Origin: an uncultured Gemmatimonadota bacterium
GTDB lineage: Bacteria; JAAXHH01
Direction of reading: 5' to 3'
DNA length: 64,000 nt
Assembly (NCBI GenBank): GCA_964655785.1
Contig: CAZZNP010000002.1
Coordinates: forward strand, 6,727-70,726
Shown one piece after another: positions 20,465 to 29,075 of this stretch; position 1 is the stretch's first letter; every line of letters starts with the position of its first letter. A program made the translations under genes and the position numbers. The notes beneath the pieces were generated by a model. The model searched no databases and was not told the origin of the DNA. It saw only the letters and a program-made list of their open reading frames with translations.

Positions 20465-21064
20465 ATGGAAGTAAATACTGGTATTGAGATCTGTCTTATC
20501 TCCTACTCGCAAATCATTACCGTTATGTCAACGGCAATAATCGCGGCATCGGCAGTAGTCACAGCCGTACTATCGTGGCGCCTCATATGTGATAACCGAA
20601 CTTTGGCCAAGGTGGGTACTGACCCGGAAGTGATTGCTCACTTGGCAGCAGACCCATTTCGACCCCTTGTCAATCTCGTTTTAGCAAATGTAGGGCGTGG
20701 TCCGGCAAAACAAGTTGAATTCGAACTTATTCTCGAAAAATCCCACTACGACCGCATTGTGCTGAGAAAGGAGCCAGATCGAAAGCCATTTGGATTCCTA
20801 CTTCAGGGAGAAAAAACAGAAATGCTATTTGGCGACCATAGAATGTTTGGAACGGGAGATGAGCGAGCAAAGAACGCGTTACAACCATTTCAAATTAAAA
20901 TTAAGTGGCAAAACCTCAGAGGGAAAAAGTTTGAAGAAAAATATATTCTAGATGTACGTCAGTTTCTCGGACTCCCACCGAACAGTTCCCTATACTCTCC
21001 TCTTTCAAAAATTGCCGATTCATTGGCTAAGATCGAAAAAACGATATCCCGCAGGAACTCTTGA
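20465..21064 (+). CDS. Hypothetical membrane-anchored protein (single N-terminal TM helix)
   Basis: N-terminal hydrophobic segment IITVMSTAIIAASAVVTAVLSW followed by a soluble domain. Last gene of the AT-richer island. Confidence 0.4.
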   Translation: MEVNTGIEICLISYSQIITVMSTAIIAASAVVTAVLSWRLICDNRTLAKVGTDPEVIAHLAADPFRPLVNLVLANVGRGPAKQVEFELILEKSHYDRIVLRKEPDRKPFGFLLQGEKTEMLFGDHRMFGTGDERAKNALQPFQIKIKWQNLRGKKFEEKYILDVRQFLGLPPNSSLYSPLSKIADSLAKIEKTISRRNS

Positions 21065-21148
21065 TTGACAGGTCCGCTGACGGATTGGAGGCGATGGGTG
21101 AATTCATTTACGTTGCAATGCCTGTCGTCAGGCAATATCCCCACCCGG

Positions 21149-21691
21149 CTACAGCAGCCGATAGATGCTGGCCCGGCTAAGTTCATACTTTTCCGCTAGG
21201 TCCCGGATCCGGACGCCGGCGGCGCGCTCACGGCGAAGCTCGGCAACCTGGCCCTTGGTGAGTTTCGAGGGAGGGCCGAATCGCACCCCCTCGTTACGGG
21301 CCCTCGAGATTCCTTCCGCCTGGCGCTCTTTCCGGAGGTGCACCTCGAACTCGGCGACAGCGGCCAGTATCCCGAATACGAGCTTGCCGGCCGAGGTCGT
21401 GGTGTCGATCGCCTGGTCGAGCACGACGAAGCCGACGTCGTTTTCCTGCAACTGCTCGAGGATCCGGTGCAGGTCCAGGGTAGAGCGCGCCAGGCGGTCG
21501 AGACGGGTGATCACCAGAACGTCGCCGCGGCGGACGAACCGGAGACATTCCTTCAGCGCCGGCCGGGCCGCGGTCCGTCCGGAGCGTTTCTCCTGGAAGA
21601 TCTCATCGCAGCCGTATTCCTGGAGTTTCTCGAGCTGCAGGTCCAGGTTCTGTCCGATGGAGCTGACCCGGGCATATCCCACTGTCGCCAT
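21149..21691 (-). CDS. Serine recombinase (resolvase/invertase, Hin-Gin-Tn3 resolvase family)
   Basis: N-terminal catalytic VGYARVSSIGQNLDLQ, the RLDRLAR motif and a C-terminal HTH (GVRIRDLAEKYELSRASIYRLL). Confidence 0.85.
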   Translation of the reverse strand: MATVGYARVSSIGQNLDLQLEKLQEYGCDEIFQEKRSGRTAARPALKECLRFVRRGDVLVITRLDRLARSTLDLHRILEQLQENDVGFVVLDQAIDTTTSAGKLVFGILAAVAEFEVHLRKERQAEGISRARNEGVRFGPPSKLTKGQVAELRRERAAGVRIRDLAEKYELSRASIYRLL

Positions 21692-21820
21692 GTCTCATAA
21701 TGTCTTGAGGTAGTGAGACTGCAATTATAAGACGACTTATAAGACGGTCATATCCCTGATTTCGGACCGTCTCGTAAAGTGTACAATGTAAGACACGTAA
21801 TATGCTGGCGTCTTGAGACT
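21691..21820. promoter_or_regulatory. Candidate res/recombination site: cluster of inverted repeats built on GTCTC/GAGAC and AGACGG cores upstream of the recombinase gene
   Basis: TGTCTCA (21691), GTCTTGAG (21702), TGAGACT (21714), AAGACGAC (21729), AAGACGGTC (21741) paired with GACCGTCTC (21765), AAGACACG (21790) and GCGTCTTGAGACT (21808). Confidence 0.4.
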
Positions 21821-21870
21821 CCCAGCACCGTGGGGCTACACTAGGAATCTTTCGTTACAGGAAAACAGCC

Positions 21871-22485
21871 ATGGCCACCAAGGCGGCAACGAAGGCTATG
21901 CCAAGGGCTACCTACCAGGACGTCCTCGATGCACCACCGCACAAGGTAGCGGAGGTCATTGAGGGAACCCTGTATCTGAATCCAAGACCGGCGTCCAGAC
22001 ATACCAGGGCAAGTTCTGTTCTTGGCAGTAGTATCGGGACGCCCTACGACTATGACAGAAATGGTCCCGGTGGATGGTGGATCCTCGACGAGCCGGAGCT
22101 GCACCTCGGCGAGGACATCCTGGTGCCCGACTTGGCGGGGTGGCGCCGGGAGCGGATGCCGGAATATCCTGATGTGAAATTCTTCACCCTGGCGCCGGAT
22201 TGGGTATGTGAAATTCTCTCCCCGTCTACGAGGGCGATCGATCAGGGCCTGAAGCGTGCAATCTACGCCCGGGAAGGGGTGACATGGCTCTGGTTCGTCG
22301 ACCCCGACGTCCGCACTCTGGAGGCCTTCGAACTGCGTGATGGCCAATGGCTTCTCCTGAAAACCCTGACCGAGAGTGATGCAGTGTCCCTGCCCCCGTT
22401 CGAAGCGATCAGTTTCAGTCTCGGGGATCTGTGGCCCTACAGTGGTGAGAAATCCGTTTCCGAAAATGGAGAGGAGGTGACCTGA
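21871..22485 (+). CDS. Uma2-family (DUF820) endonuclease
   Basis: Uma2 signature layout: EVIEGTLY near the N-terminus, VPDLAGWRRERMPE, and the catalytic-region motifs PDWVCEILSPST...D...K...YAREGV.W.WFVDP. Confidence 0.7.
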   Translation: MATKAATKAMPRATYQDVLDAPPHKVAEVIEGTLYLNPRPASRHTRASSVLGSSIGTPYDYDRNGPGGWWILDEPELHLGEDILVPDLAGWRRERMPEYPDVKFFTLAPDWVCEILSPSTRAIDQGLKRAIYAREGVTWLWFVDPDVRTLEAFELRDGQWLLLKTLTESDAVSLPPFEAISFSLGDLWPYSGEKSVSENGEEVT

Positions 22486-22493
22486 AATCCGGT

Positions 22494-22676
22494 ATGGACA
22501 AGACGAACCTCATCGTGCTGGTCATACTGTTCGTAGCTGCCGCCCTTGCAGCAACGTTCTGGCGGGCCGTGCGCAGCACGCAGATGAGAAAGGAAAGGAA
22601 CGACAGAAGATCCGCCAGGCGGCACAGGAAAATCACCCGGCAGTACCGGGAGGAACAGGACCGGCTCGGCGAATAA
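22494..22676 (+). CDS. Possible small membrane protein
   Basis: 60-codon ORF with one hydrophobic helix and a basic tail. Weak evidence. Confidence 0.2.
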   Translation: MDKTNLIVLVILFVAAALAATFWRAVRSTQMRKERNDRRSARRHRKITRQYREEQDRLGE

Positions 22677-22956
22677 TCCGGTCAGGCAAGGTGGTGATTC
22701 CGCACATTCCCGGAACCGGAATTTCCCGGCAGGTGGGGCGGACCCCGCAGGCCTTCAGCTGAAGAATCGTCGAAAAGCCGGCCCGGCGTGGGGAATCGGG
22801 GTTCAGAATAGGCCCGTTTTTTGACATTCCGGGCCACTCGGCAAGGGTGAAACACGTAACAGATCACTGTACGGCCCGAAATGGATGGGATCAGGATGCA
22901 TTTGGCAGCCAGATCGGCAAACCGAAGTACCTGAATCCGCCCGGCCGGTAGAACAC

Positions 22957-25900
22957 TCAGTCAAACAGATCACGTCCCCCATGTGTAGGGGGCCCGGTTT
23001 CTACCGGCACTGCCTGATCCGGCAGCAAGCCGGAGACGATCTCCTCGATTTCCCGGCCAGCGTCACTTGAGTGGACAGCGGCTCGAATCGCCTTTGATAT
23101 GCCAACCTGGCTCATCCCGGGTTTCCCTGCAAGGGCTTCACTGGCTGCCTCCTGTGCCAGTTTCTCGGTTTCCTCGCACAGCTTCGCCAGTCGCCGGTGT
23201 TGATCGATATCTTTGTTGAAACAGGGTATCGGGACCTTCCACCACGGATGAAGATGAAAGTCCCTGCCGCTCCCTCTGCATTGCCTGAAGGCCGTTTCCA
23301 GGCATGCGGCATTCAGCAGGGCAACCAGATATCCGGCTTCTTCCTTGTCCCGCACAGCCATCCAGTAAAGTTTCGAGCTCACAACAAAATTGCCAGTCGT
23401 TATCCTTGCAGCCCGCATGATGTCCCCGGAGGTTGGATAGAGAACAATCCATCCGTTGGTGTTTTCAGAGTCGAGTTGTGCCGACAGCTTTGACTGGAAA
23501 TCGAATTGCTTAAGTAAGGCCTTCGGCGTCGATTTCCCCTTTCCTGCCCTGCTTTCGTAGATCTCGTCCAGTTCACGCCAGAATGAACATTCATTGCCGG
23601 GGTTCTCAAGCAAGAATCCCTTTGTGTCCACCGGCACGATGCCCTTCACAGGCCGCACCGGGGGGATGTACGCCACCATCTCGGTTGAAGTAAGAACCGG
23701 ACGTACCCAGTGTGCCGGCATCAATCCGGTCTGGGGCCTGACCTCTTTCCACGGTTCCTTTGTCGATCGCATTGTCGTGACACGGACCATGCCTTCATGA
23801 TTCGGTCCTTCGATTTCATCCAACAGCGCAAGCACGTGGGGAACCAGTGTCGCGCCCTGCTTAATCATGACCGAATTCAGATATCCGGACTTCTTCTGCG
23901 GAAGCTGGGCGGGAGCCTCGCTGAATCCGAATTTCCGCCTGGCCGATTCCAGGGACTCTGATGACTTCGGACGTACGCCCCTGACCTTCAGCCGGGCTTC
24001 CAGTGTGCCGGGGCTGATGCCTTCGGATATATCGAACGCACAGTGCTCCATCAGTAGGCAACTGCGGGTTGCATCACCGCTACCGAATGGCTGCAACTGC
24101 TCCAGGTCGACCGATTGCCGCAAGGTGTTTCGATGAACTGACCGGAACGGCTCCCATTGCCCAGCAGCGATGGCGGATTTCTTCACCAGCCAGGATGCGG
24201 GGTTGCTCTCCGGTTTGGCCATGTAAAGCTTCCTGGCCGCCAGAATGAAATAGCTGGCGATATCGGAGTGAGGGGCCTGTTTCCCGGCACCGGTCAGACC
24301 CAGAGACCTGCCGTACTGTTCCAGAGTTCTCTTCCGGTCCGTGGCCTGTATCTCCGCCAGCTTCACCCAGGGTGGATTGGCCACGATCCGATCGACCTTT
24401 TTCTGTGCCAGAAGGTGGGGAGCGGCGATGTTGATCGTGTACCAGGTCCAGACCGAGTTGCCCTCGGCAGCAATGATCTCGGTCAGGGCCTGGTGGCAAT
24501 GTTCCAGCCGCTCGGATTCCACTTCCGACAGGGATTCCTTCAGGAACCCGGGCAATGGTTGACCCGCGGTCGCGGCACTGACAATCTCACGCATGTCGTT
24601 GGCAAACGTCCCTCTCCGGACGAATTTCATGGGGACCCGTATCTCCCTTTTTTCCGGAGTCTCGACCCTCATCAGGTCCTCGGTGTGTTCGAACAGGGAC
24701 TTCTGGTTTCCGGAATCGGCCTGCAGAGAATCACCCAGGTGCACCTGGAACGACTGGCCGCCCATGGTCGGCGGCGCCGGCAGGATCCTCTCCAGGTTCA
24801 CGCGTGCGAGTTCCACTGCCACGGGATGGATGTCGATCCCGTTGACCAGGCGTGAAACGATGTCGGCCCGCTGCACCGGTGTGAATGACTGCATTGACTT
24901 TGACGCCAGCAAACGGCGGGCCGCATGGAGAAGGAACGTGCCGGAACCGCAGGTGGGGTCGAGAACCCCGACTCCCCGAACTTCCGTACCACCGCGGATG
25001 GAGGCTATCGCGGCATTGATGGCCCGCTCCATCCATTGCTCGTCGAGAACCTCCTCCACCATCAGTGCAGCCAGCCAGTCCGGGGTGTAGAATTCACCGA
25101 AGACCTTCCGATCATGCGCGCTCACGTTATGATGGTACAGGCTGCGCAGGACATCTTCCTCGCGCCTCCGCCAGTCGTACGAGGTAACAAGCCTGTACAG
25201 TTTCCCTGCCCACTTCCGCCCACGCTCGAATTCCAGCACCCATGCGGCGAAACCATCACGTACCGCCGTCTTCCAGTCCGAACCCGAATTGGCCGGAAAC
25301 AGGGAGTGGGAAACCAGGCGGACCACTGCGATCAGGAAGCTGTGGGTGACGAACAGCCTGTCCTTCCCGGCTTCGTCGCCGGGAACCATGCCGGACGTTC
25401 GCATCATGTCCAGCCAGAGATCCCTTTTGGTCCGGGTAGGTCCTGCTGCATTAGCGGGAAGCGCAGCGTAAAGGCTGAAGAGTTCATTCCTGAGGGAGGT
25501 GAAGAGTGCTCCCGGATCCCCCGGTATCCACTCCTTGCCGAAATTCCTTTCGGCCAGAAGCGAGTGGAGGAATTCGGCCAAGGGAAGGGCCTCGTTCATG
25601 AATCTCAGGGGCGATCCGACAGGTTCCCCGATGGATTGAGGCCGATGGCTGTATTCATACACGTGCCAGTGCCGGCCGTCGGTCACAATGCCCACCCAGT
25701 TGCTCCGGACGAACTCAACGTCGTCGAAGGGAATCCTGCCCAATTCCCGGTTGATCTCGCCGATGACGTAACGGTCCAGCTGTTGCCGCGGCGACTCCGA
25801 CAGCCTTCCTTGCTGGGGTTTGTCAGGCTCTGCCGCCAGCGGATATGCCTTCAGCTCGATGAATGTCCTGCGATTGGGCAGATAAATGTCCGCCTCGCCG

Positions 25901-26067
25901 TCAACAGTCGTGTAGTGGGATTCGATCGACCCGACCTTGATTTCCCGAAGCAGGGCCTCAAGATCGGACTGCAGGTTGCCTTCCCTTTCGTGCCGCTCAA
26001 GGGGGTGGTTGAGAAACGCGGATGCAGCATCGAGGACTGCCTGACCCGGTGGCTTGCCCCGGGTCAT
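22957..26067 (-). CDS. Type IIG (MmeI-like) restriction-modification enzyme: N-terminal PD-(D/E)xK nuclease, gamma-class N6-adenine methyltransferase and C-terminal target-recognition region
   Basis: N-terminal D-x10-ELK (GEADIYLPNRRTFIELKAY). MTase motif I GVLDPTCGSGTFLLHAA and motif IV IVANPPWVKL. A 1036-aa single polypeptide. Confidence 0.8.
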   Translation of the reverse strand: MTRGKPPGQAVLDAASAFLNHPLERHEREGNLQSDLEALLREIKVGSIESHYTTVDGEADIYLPNRRTFIELKAYPLAAEPDKPQQGRLSESPRQQLDRYVIGEINRELGRIPFDDVEFVRSNWVGIVTDGRHWHVYEYSHRPQSIGEPVGSPLRFMNEALPLAEFLHSLLAERNFGKEWIPGDPGALFTSLRNELFSLYAALPANAAGPTRTKRDLWLDMMRTSGMVPGDEAGKDRLFVTHSFLIAVVRLVSHSLFPANSGSDWKTAVRDGFAAWVLEFERGRKWAGKLYRLVTSYDWRRREEDVLRSLYHHNVSAHDRKVFGEFYTPDWLAALMVEEVLDEQWMERAINAAIASIRGGTEVRGVGVLDPTCGSGTFLLHAARRLLASKSMQSFTPVQRADIVSRLVNGIDIHPVAVELARVNLERILPAPPTMGGQSFQVHLGDSLQADSGNQKSLFEHTEDLMRVETPEKREIRVPMKFVRRGTFANDMREIVSAATAGQPLPGFLKESLSEVESERLEHCHQALTEIIAAEGNSVWTWYTINIAAPHLLAQKKVDRIVANPPWVKLAEIQATDRKRTLEQYGRSLGLTGAGKQAPHSDIASYFILAARKLYMAKPESNPASWLVKKSAIAAGQWEPFRSVHRNTLRQSVDLEQLQPFGSGDATRSCLLMEHCAFDISEGISPGTLEARLKVRGVRPKSSESLESARRKFGFSEAPAQLPQKKSGYLNSVMIKQGATLVPHVLALLDEIEGPNHEGMVRVTTMRSTKEPWKEVRPQTGLMPAHWVRPVLTSTEMVAYIPPVRPVKGIVPVDTKGFLLENPGNECSFWRELDEIYESRAGKGKSTPKALLKQFDFQSKLSAQLDSENTNGWIVLYPTSGDIMRAARITTGNFVVSSKLYWMAVRDKEEAGYLVALLNAACLETAFRQCRGSGRDFHLHPWWKVPIPCFNKDIDQHRRLAKLCEETEKLAQEAASEALAGKPGMSQVGISKAIRAAVHSSDAGREIEEIVSGLLPDQAVPVETGPPTHGGRDLFD

Positions 26068-26208
26068 ATTTCCGCACCGCCGGCAGTGTGCGGGGTACCG
26101 AGTCCTGAATTGTCGGCCGACCCTCCGGCGTCATGGGCGCCGGTGACGTGAAATTGATGGGATTGACTGGAAGGAAGTCGGGAACCGGGTTCAGCCGCTA
26201 CATATAAT

Positions 26209-26272
26209 CGGACCTGCGGACCTGCGGACCTGCGGACCTGCGGACCTGCGGACCTGCGGACCTGCGGACCTG
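26209..26272. repeat. Perfect tandem repeat, 8 copies of the octamer CGGACCTG
   Basis: Read directly: (cggacctg)x8 at 26209-26272, ~140 bp upstream of the Type IIG gene start. A TATAAT-like hexamer sits immediately adjacent at 26203-26208. Confidence 0.95.
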
Positions 26273-26333
26273 CCCTTCTTTTAGCCTACCATGTTCCGCT
26301 GCAGCTGTCATTTTCGATTTACCGCATTCCTGG

Positions 26334-26633
26334 TCAAATGAAACCACGGGCCGCGGCGGGGTGCTTGAACAGATGCTCATACAGATCCAGCTTCCTGTCC
26401 ATGTAGTGGTCCGCGGGGCTGGGAAACCCCGTCGTCACGATGCCGGGGAAGCAGGGAATCCGATAGGACGTGGCGGAAAGGCGGTCGCCCAGATATTCCA
26501 GTTTCATCGCTTCAATCCGTTCAGAATGATCATTCGCAGCGGCACAGGGAATCCGCCAGTCCGGAAGAGGAGTTGTACCGGCGTGGTTGCCGGCCGTCAA
26601 GTCATCGATGCTCCAGGGCTTCTGCTGCCACAT
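26334..26633 (-). CDS. Hypothetical small protein downstream of 26647-26952 (possible two-gene operon or frameshifted single gene)
   Basis: 99-codon ORF, 13-nt gap from the previous stop, in a different frame. Confidence 0.3.
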   Translation of the reverse strand: MWQQKPWSIDDLTAGNHAGTTPLPDWRIPCAAANDHSERIEAMKLEYLGDRLSATSYRIPCFPGIVTTGFPSPADHYMDRKLDLYEHLFKHPAAARGFI

Positions 26634-26646
26634 GGATCCGCATTGC

Positions 26647-26952
26647 CTAGATATCTACCGGAAATTTACGATTCTTGTTTCTCCCGTGGTACCCAAAATT
26701 CCCGGGTGTTTCCAGTGCCGCATGGATAGCGGCCTCGATCTCATCCTCAGTGATTTCGACAGGATTCGGGCACGTGAAGACTCTCTCCAGGTGACGGATA
26801 CCCCCATCGTCACATAGCCGGACAAGTTTGATTTCACACGCCTCCCAGTGATAGATCGCCTTTCGGACGACAAGGCCCTCGCGGACGCAATCGGCCCAGG
26901 AGCCGCCCCAGGCGCGAGTCACTCCATCGAATTTGGTGACAAGGTAGATCAT
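26647..26952 (-). CDS. Hypothetical small protein (start at internal Met MIYLVTKF)
   Basis: Coding-like ~101-aa segment. The upstream extension of the ORF looks non-coding. Confidence 0.3.
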   Translation of the reverse strand: MIYLVTKFDGVTRAWGGSWADCVREGLVVRKAIYHWEACEIKLVRLCDDGGIRHLERVFTCPNPVEITEDEIEAAIHAALETPGNFGYHGRNKNRKFPVDI

Positions 26953-27064
26953 TCCGAAATTCCGATATACATCCCGGGGAGGATTTGTATAATTTCCGGC
27001 GCCGGATTTCAAGGCCGGAACGAATAAACTCGAATCAAGAACCAAAACCGACCGGGGTACTGCG

Positions 27065-27463
27065 ATGGACGAATACAAGGCCGAAAACAACGAAACAGTG
27101 GAATTCCTCAGGGGGGAGATACCCGAACAGGTGAGATCGGTGAAGAGGGTGGCCACCGTGGTCTATGGCCTGCAGGCGGTATCGTTCTTCCTGGGGGGCC
27201 TGACGCTCCTGATCGGCGTGGTGATCAATCATCTCAAGAACCGGGACGCGAGGGGCACCTGGCTTGAATCCCATTTCAGGTGGCAGATCAGGACGTTCTG
27301 GTTCGGCCTGCTGTGGTCGCTGCTTGGGATACCGGTCAGTTTCGTTACCCTTGGCGTCGGGATGTGGATCGTGTACCCGGCGCTTCTCGTCTGGCTTGTC
27401 TTCAGGATCGCCAAAGGCTGGCTGAGGCTGACGGACGGCAAGGAGATGTACGTGAATCCATGA
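27065..27463 (+). CDS. Small integral membrane protein (DUF4870-like)
   Basis: Two long hydrophobic segments (VSFFLGGLTLLIGVVINHL, WFGLLWSLLGIPVSFVTLGVGMWIVYPALLVWLVF) around a conserved-looking RGTWLESHFRWQIRTFW core. Confidence 0.5.
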   Translation: MDEYKAENNETVEFLRGEIPEQVRSVKRVATVVYGLQAVSFFLGGLTLLIGVVINHLKNRDARGTWLESHFRWQIRTFWFGLLWSLLGIPVSFVTLGVGMWIVYPALLVWLVFRIAKGWLRLTDGKEMYVNP

Positions 27464-27562
27464 CCGGAATGACCGGCGAACACAGCGAACTGTCCGGGGA
27501 CCCTGGTGTTTCCGAACTGTGAAGCAACAGGCAGGAATTCCCGGGGGTGGTGTCATCCCGGT

Positions 27563-27931
27563 TCACCGGCCGCCCCGGTGATTTCTTGCCGGCCTGATCC
27601 GAACACGGTTTCGGGTGATGACGATGATTGTGCCTGTCTGCATTTCGTGCGCATGATGTTCGATGAGGTCCCGGATGGCCGCCGCTTCGCCGGCGACGCC
27701 CAACCCTTCGAACCGAACAATACAGGGAAGGGGCTGCCGGAGAGGGGACGGAAATTCCCCGAAGGTCCCGTCCGGGGTGAGAACCACGCGCCTCTCCCGG
27801 GACGCGAGGTCAAGCAGGGCCCGGTCGGAGGCTGCATATCCGGCCCGAACCGCAAGGGCGTCATGGCCGAGGCCGTCCAATGTCTCTTGCAGAACACCCG
27901 ATGCGGCACACACATCGAGAAGGAACTTCAC
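27563..27931 (-). CDS. DUF5615-family (Mut7-C/PIN-like) putative toxin
   Basis: MKFLLDV...VLTPDGTFGE... pattern. 4-nt overlap with the upstream DUF433 gene. Confidence 0.6.
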   Translation of the reverse strand: MKFLLDVCAASGVLQETLDGLGHDALAVRAGYAASDRALLDLASRERRVVLTPDGTFGEFPSPLRQPLPCIVRFEGLGVAGEAAAIRDLIEHHAHEMQTGTIIVITRNRVRIRPARNHRGGR

Positions 27932-28185
27932 AGGTCATCCCGAAAGGGGATACGCTCATATACATGGTCGCCGGTCATCGACCGGTGGACGAACAGCAGG
28001 CATGCCCGGATATCCTCGGGTTCCAGAAACGGGTATTCCCGGAGAATTGTTTCGTCCGTATCGCCGGCAGCCAACTTTCCGATGATGTGTTCCACGGCGA
28101 CCCGCATGCCGCGGACGATCGGTTTGCCGCCGAAAATCTCGGGGTTCACGGTAATGCGTTGCAACAGATCAGTTTCCTGCGTCAT
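27928..28185 (-). CDS. DUF433-family putative antitoxin
   Basis: NPEIFGGKPIVRGMRVAVEHIIGKLAAGDTDETILREYPFLEPEDIRACL is the classic DUF433 signature. Confidence 0.7.
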   Translation of the reverse strand: MTQETDLLQRITVNPEIFGGKPIVRGMRVAVEHIIGKLAAGDTDETILREYPFLEPEDIRACLLFVHRSMTGDHVYERIPFRDDL

Positions 28186-28291
28186 GGTCTTGCCTTATCT
28201 AGCCCTGTTCCCGGATATGTTGCGTTTCCGGGCGCGGCCATGCTCCCTGCATCCGGAAAAGCGCAGCATGGCAATCATGAGTCCCCCGACG

Positions 28292-28324
28292 AAAAAAACC
28301 GCCGGGGGTTCAGGCCGGCGGCTG
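28292..28324 (-). terminator. Rho-independent terminator (minus strand)
   Basis: The minus-strand sequence reads GCCGCCGGCC-tgaaccc-CCGGCGG followed by TTTTTTT, a GC stem-loop plus T-tract. Confidence 0.5.
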
Positions 28325-28548
28325 GAGTGTCAAGAATGTTTGTCGAACGTCGCACCGGAAATTGCAACGGTGCGGTGTGGATTATACACCGAACCGGAAC
28401 CCGGGCGGCAGGTCTGATCAGGTCTGATTCACCCGATGCTTCGCAGCTGAAGGAACCGGAACGCAGGACTGCTCACCTGGAAGCCCCGAAATCGGCCGTC
28501 AGGTCGTCCCGCTCCAAGGTGCCGGTAACCCCCGGAGTCGATAATTGG

Positions 28549-28770
28549 TCAAATCGTGTCAGAAAATCCGTTCTGTTTCGATGCTCTTCGTTCCTTGAAA
28601 TGCGTCTGGATAACGACGAAGACAGTGAACAGGAACATGACCAGTAAGAAGAGCGCCCCATACCATCCGATAACCTTCAGCCACTTGATGTCGTTAACAT
28701 AGCCCGGTAAGAGCGTTAAGTGAAAAAAGATAACAATATACACGAGGGTTTCATATTCATTTTTGTACAT
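28549..28770 (-). CDS. Small AT-rich membrane protein (hypothetical)
   Basis: 73-codon ORF with two hydrophobic helices. Low G+C relative to its neighbours. Confidence 0.3.
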   Translation of the reverse strand: MYKNEYETLVYIVIFFHLTLLPGYVNDIKWLKVIGWYGALFLLVMFLFTVFVVIQTHFKERRASKQNGFSDTI

Positions 28771-29075
28771 TTGAGATCCTGAACGCCACTATGGCGCCTT
28801 TCTAGGGATTCCGCTACTCAAGTCCACTAAAGCGCAGTTTTCAGTGTCTACACGATCCTGCAGCGATATATGGCAATGTGAACACAGGTCGGGTTCGACC
28901 CACCAGCATGCACCGTAATCCTCGTGCCAGCAGGCGTTCAATTCCCAGCAGCTGCATGAACGGCAGCGCCGCCACCCTGGCGGCGCTGGTGGACCATGCA
29001 GATAATCGTCGTGAGAGGTGTTTTCAAGTGAAGCAATGGCGACATACCCCTACGGTTGAGAAAATAGAATACGGC

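Noticed and set aside
26209-26272. Tandem repeat array considered as a CRISPR array
   Set aside because: The units are 8 bp with no spacers. This is a simple-sequence repeat, not CRISPR. No cas genes are present.
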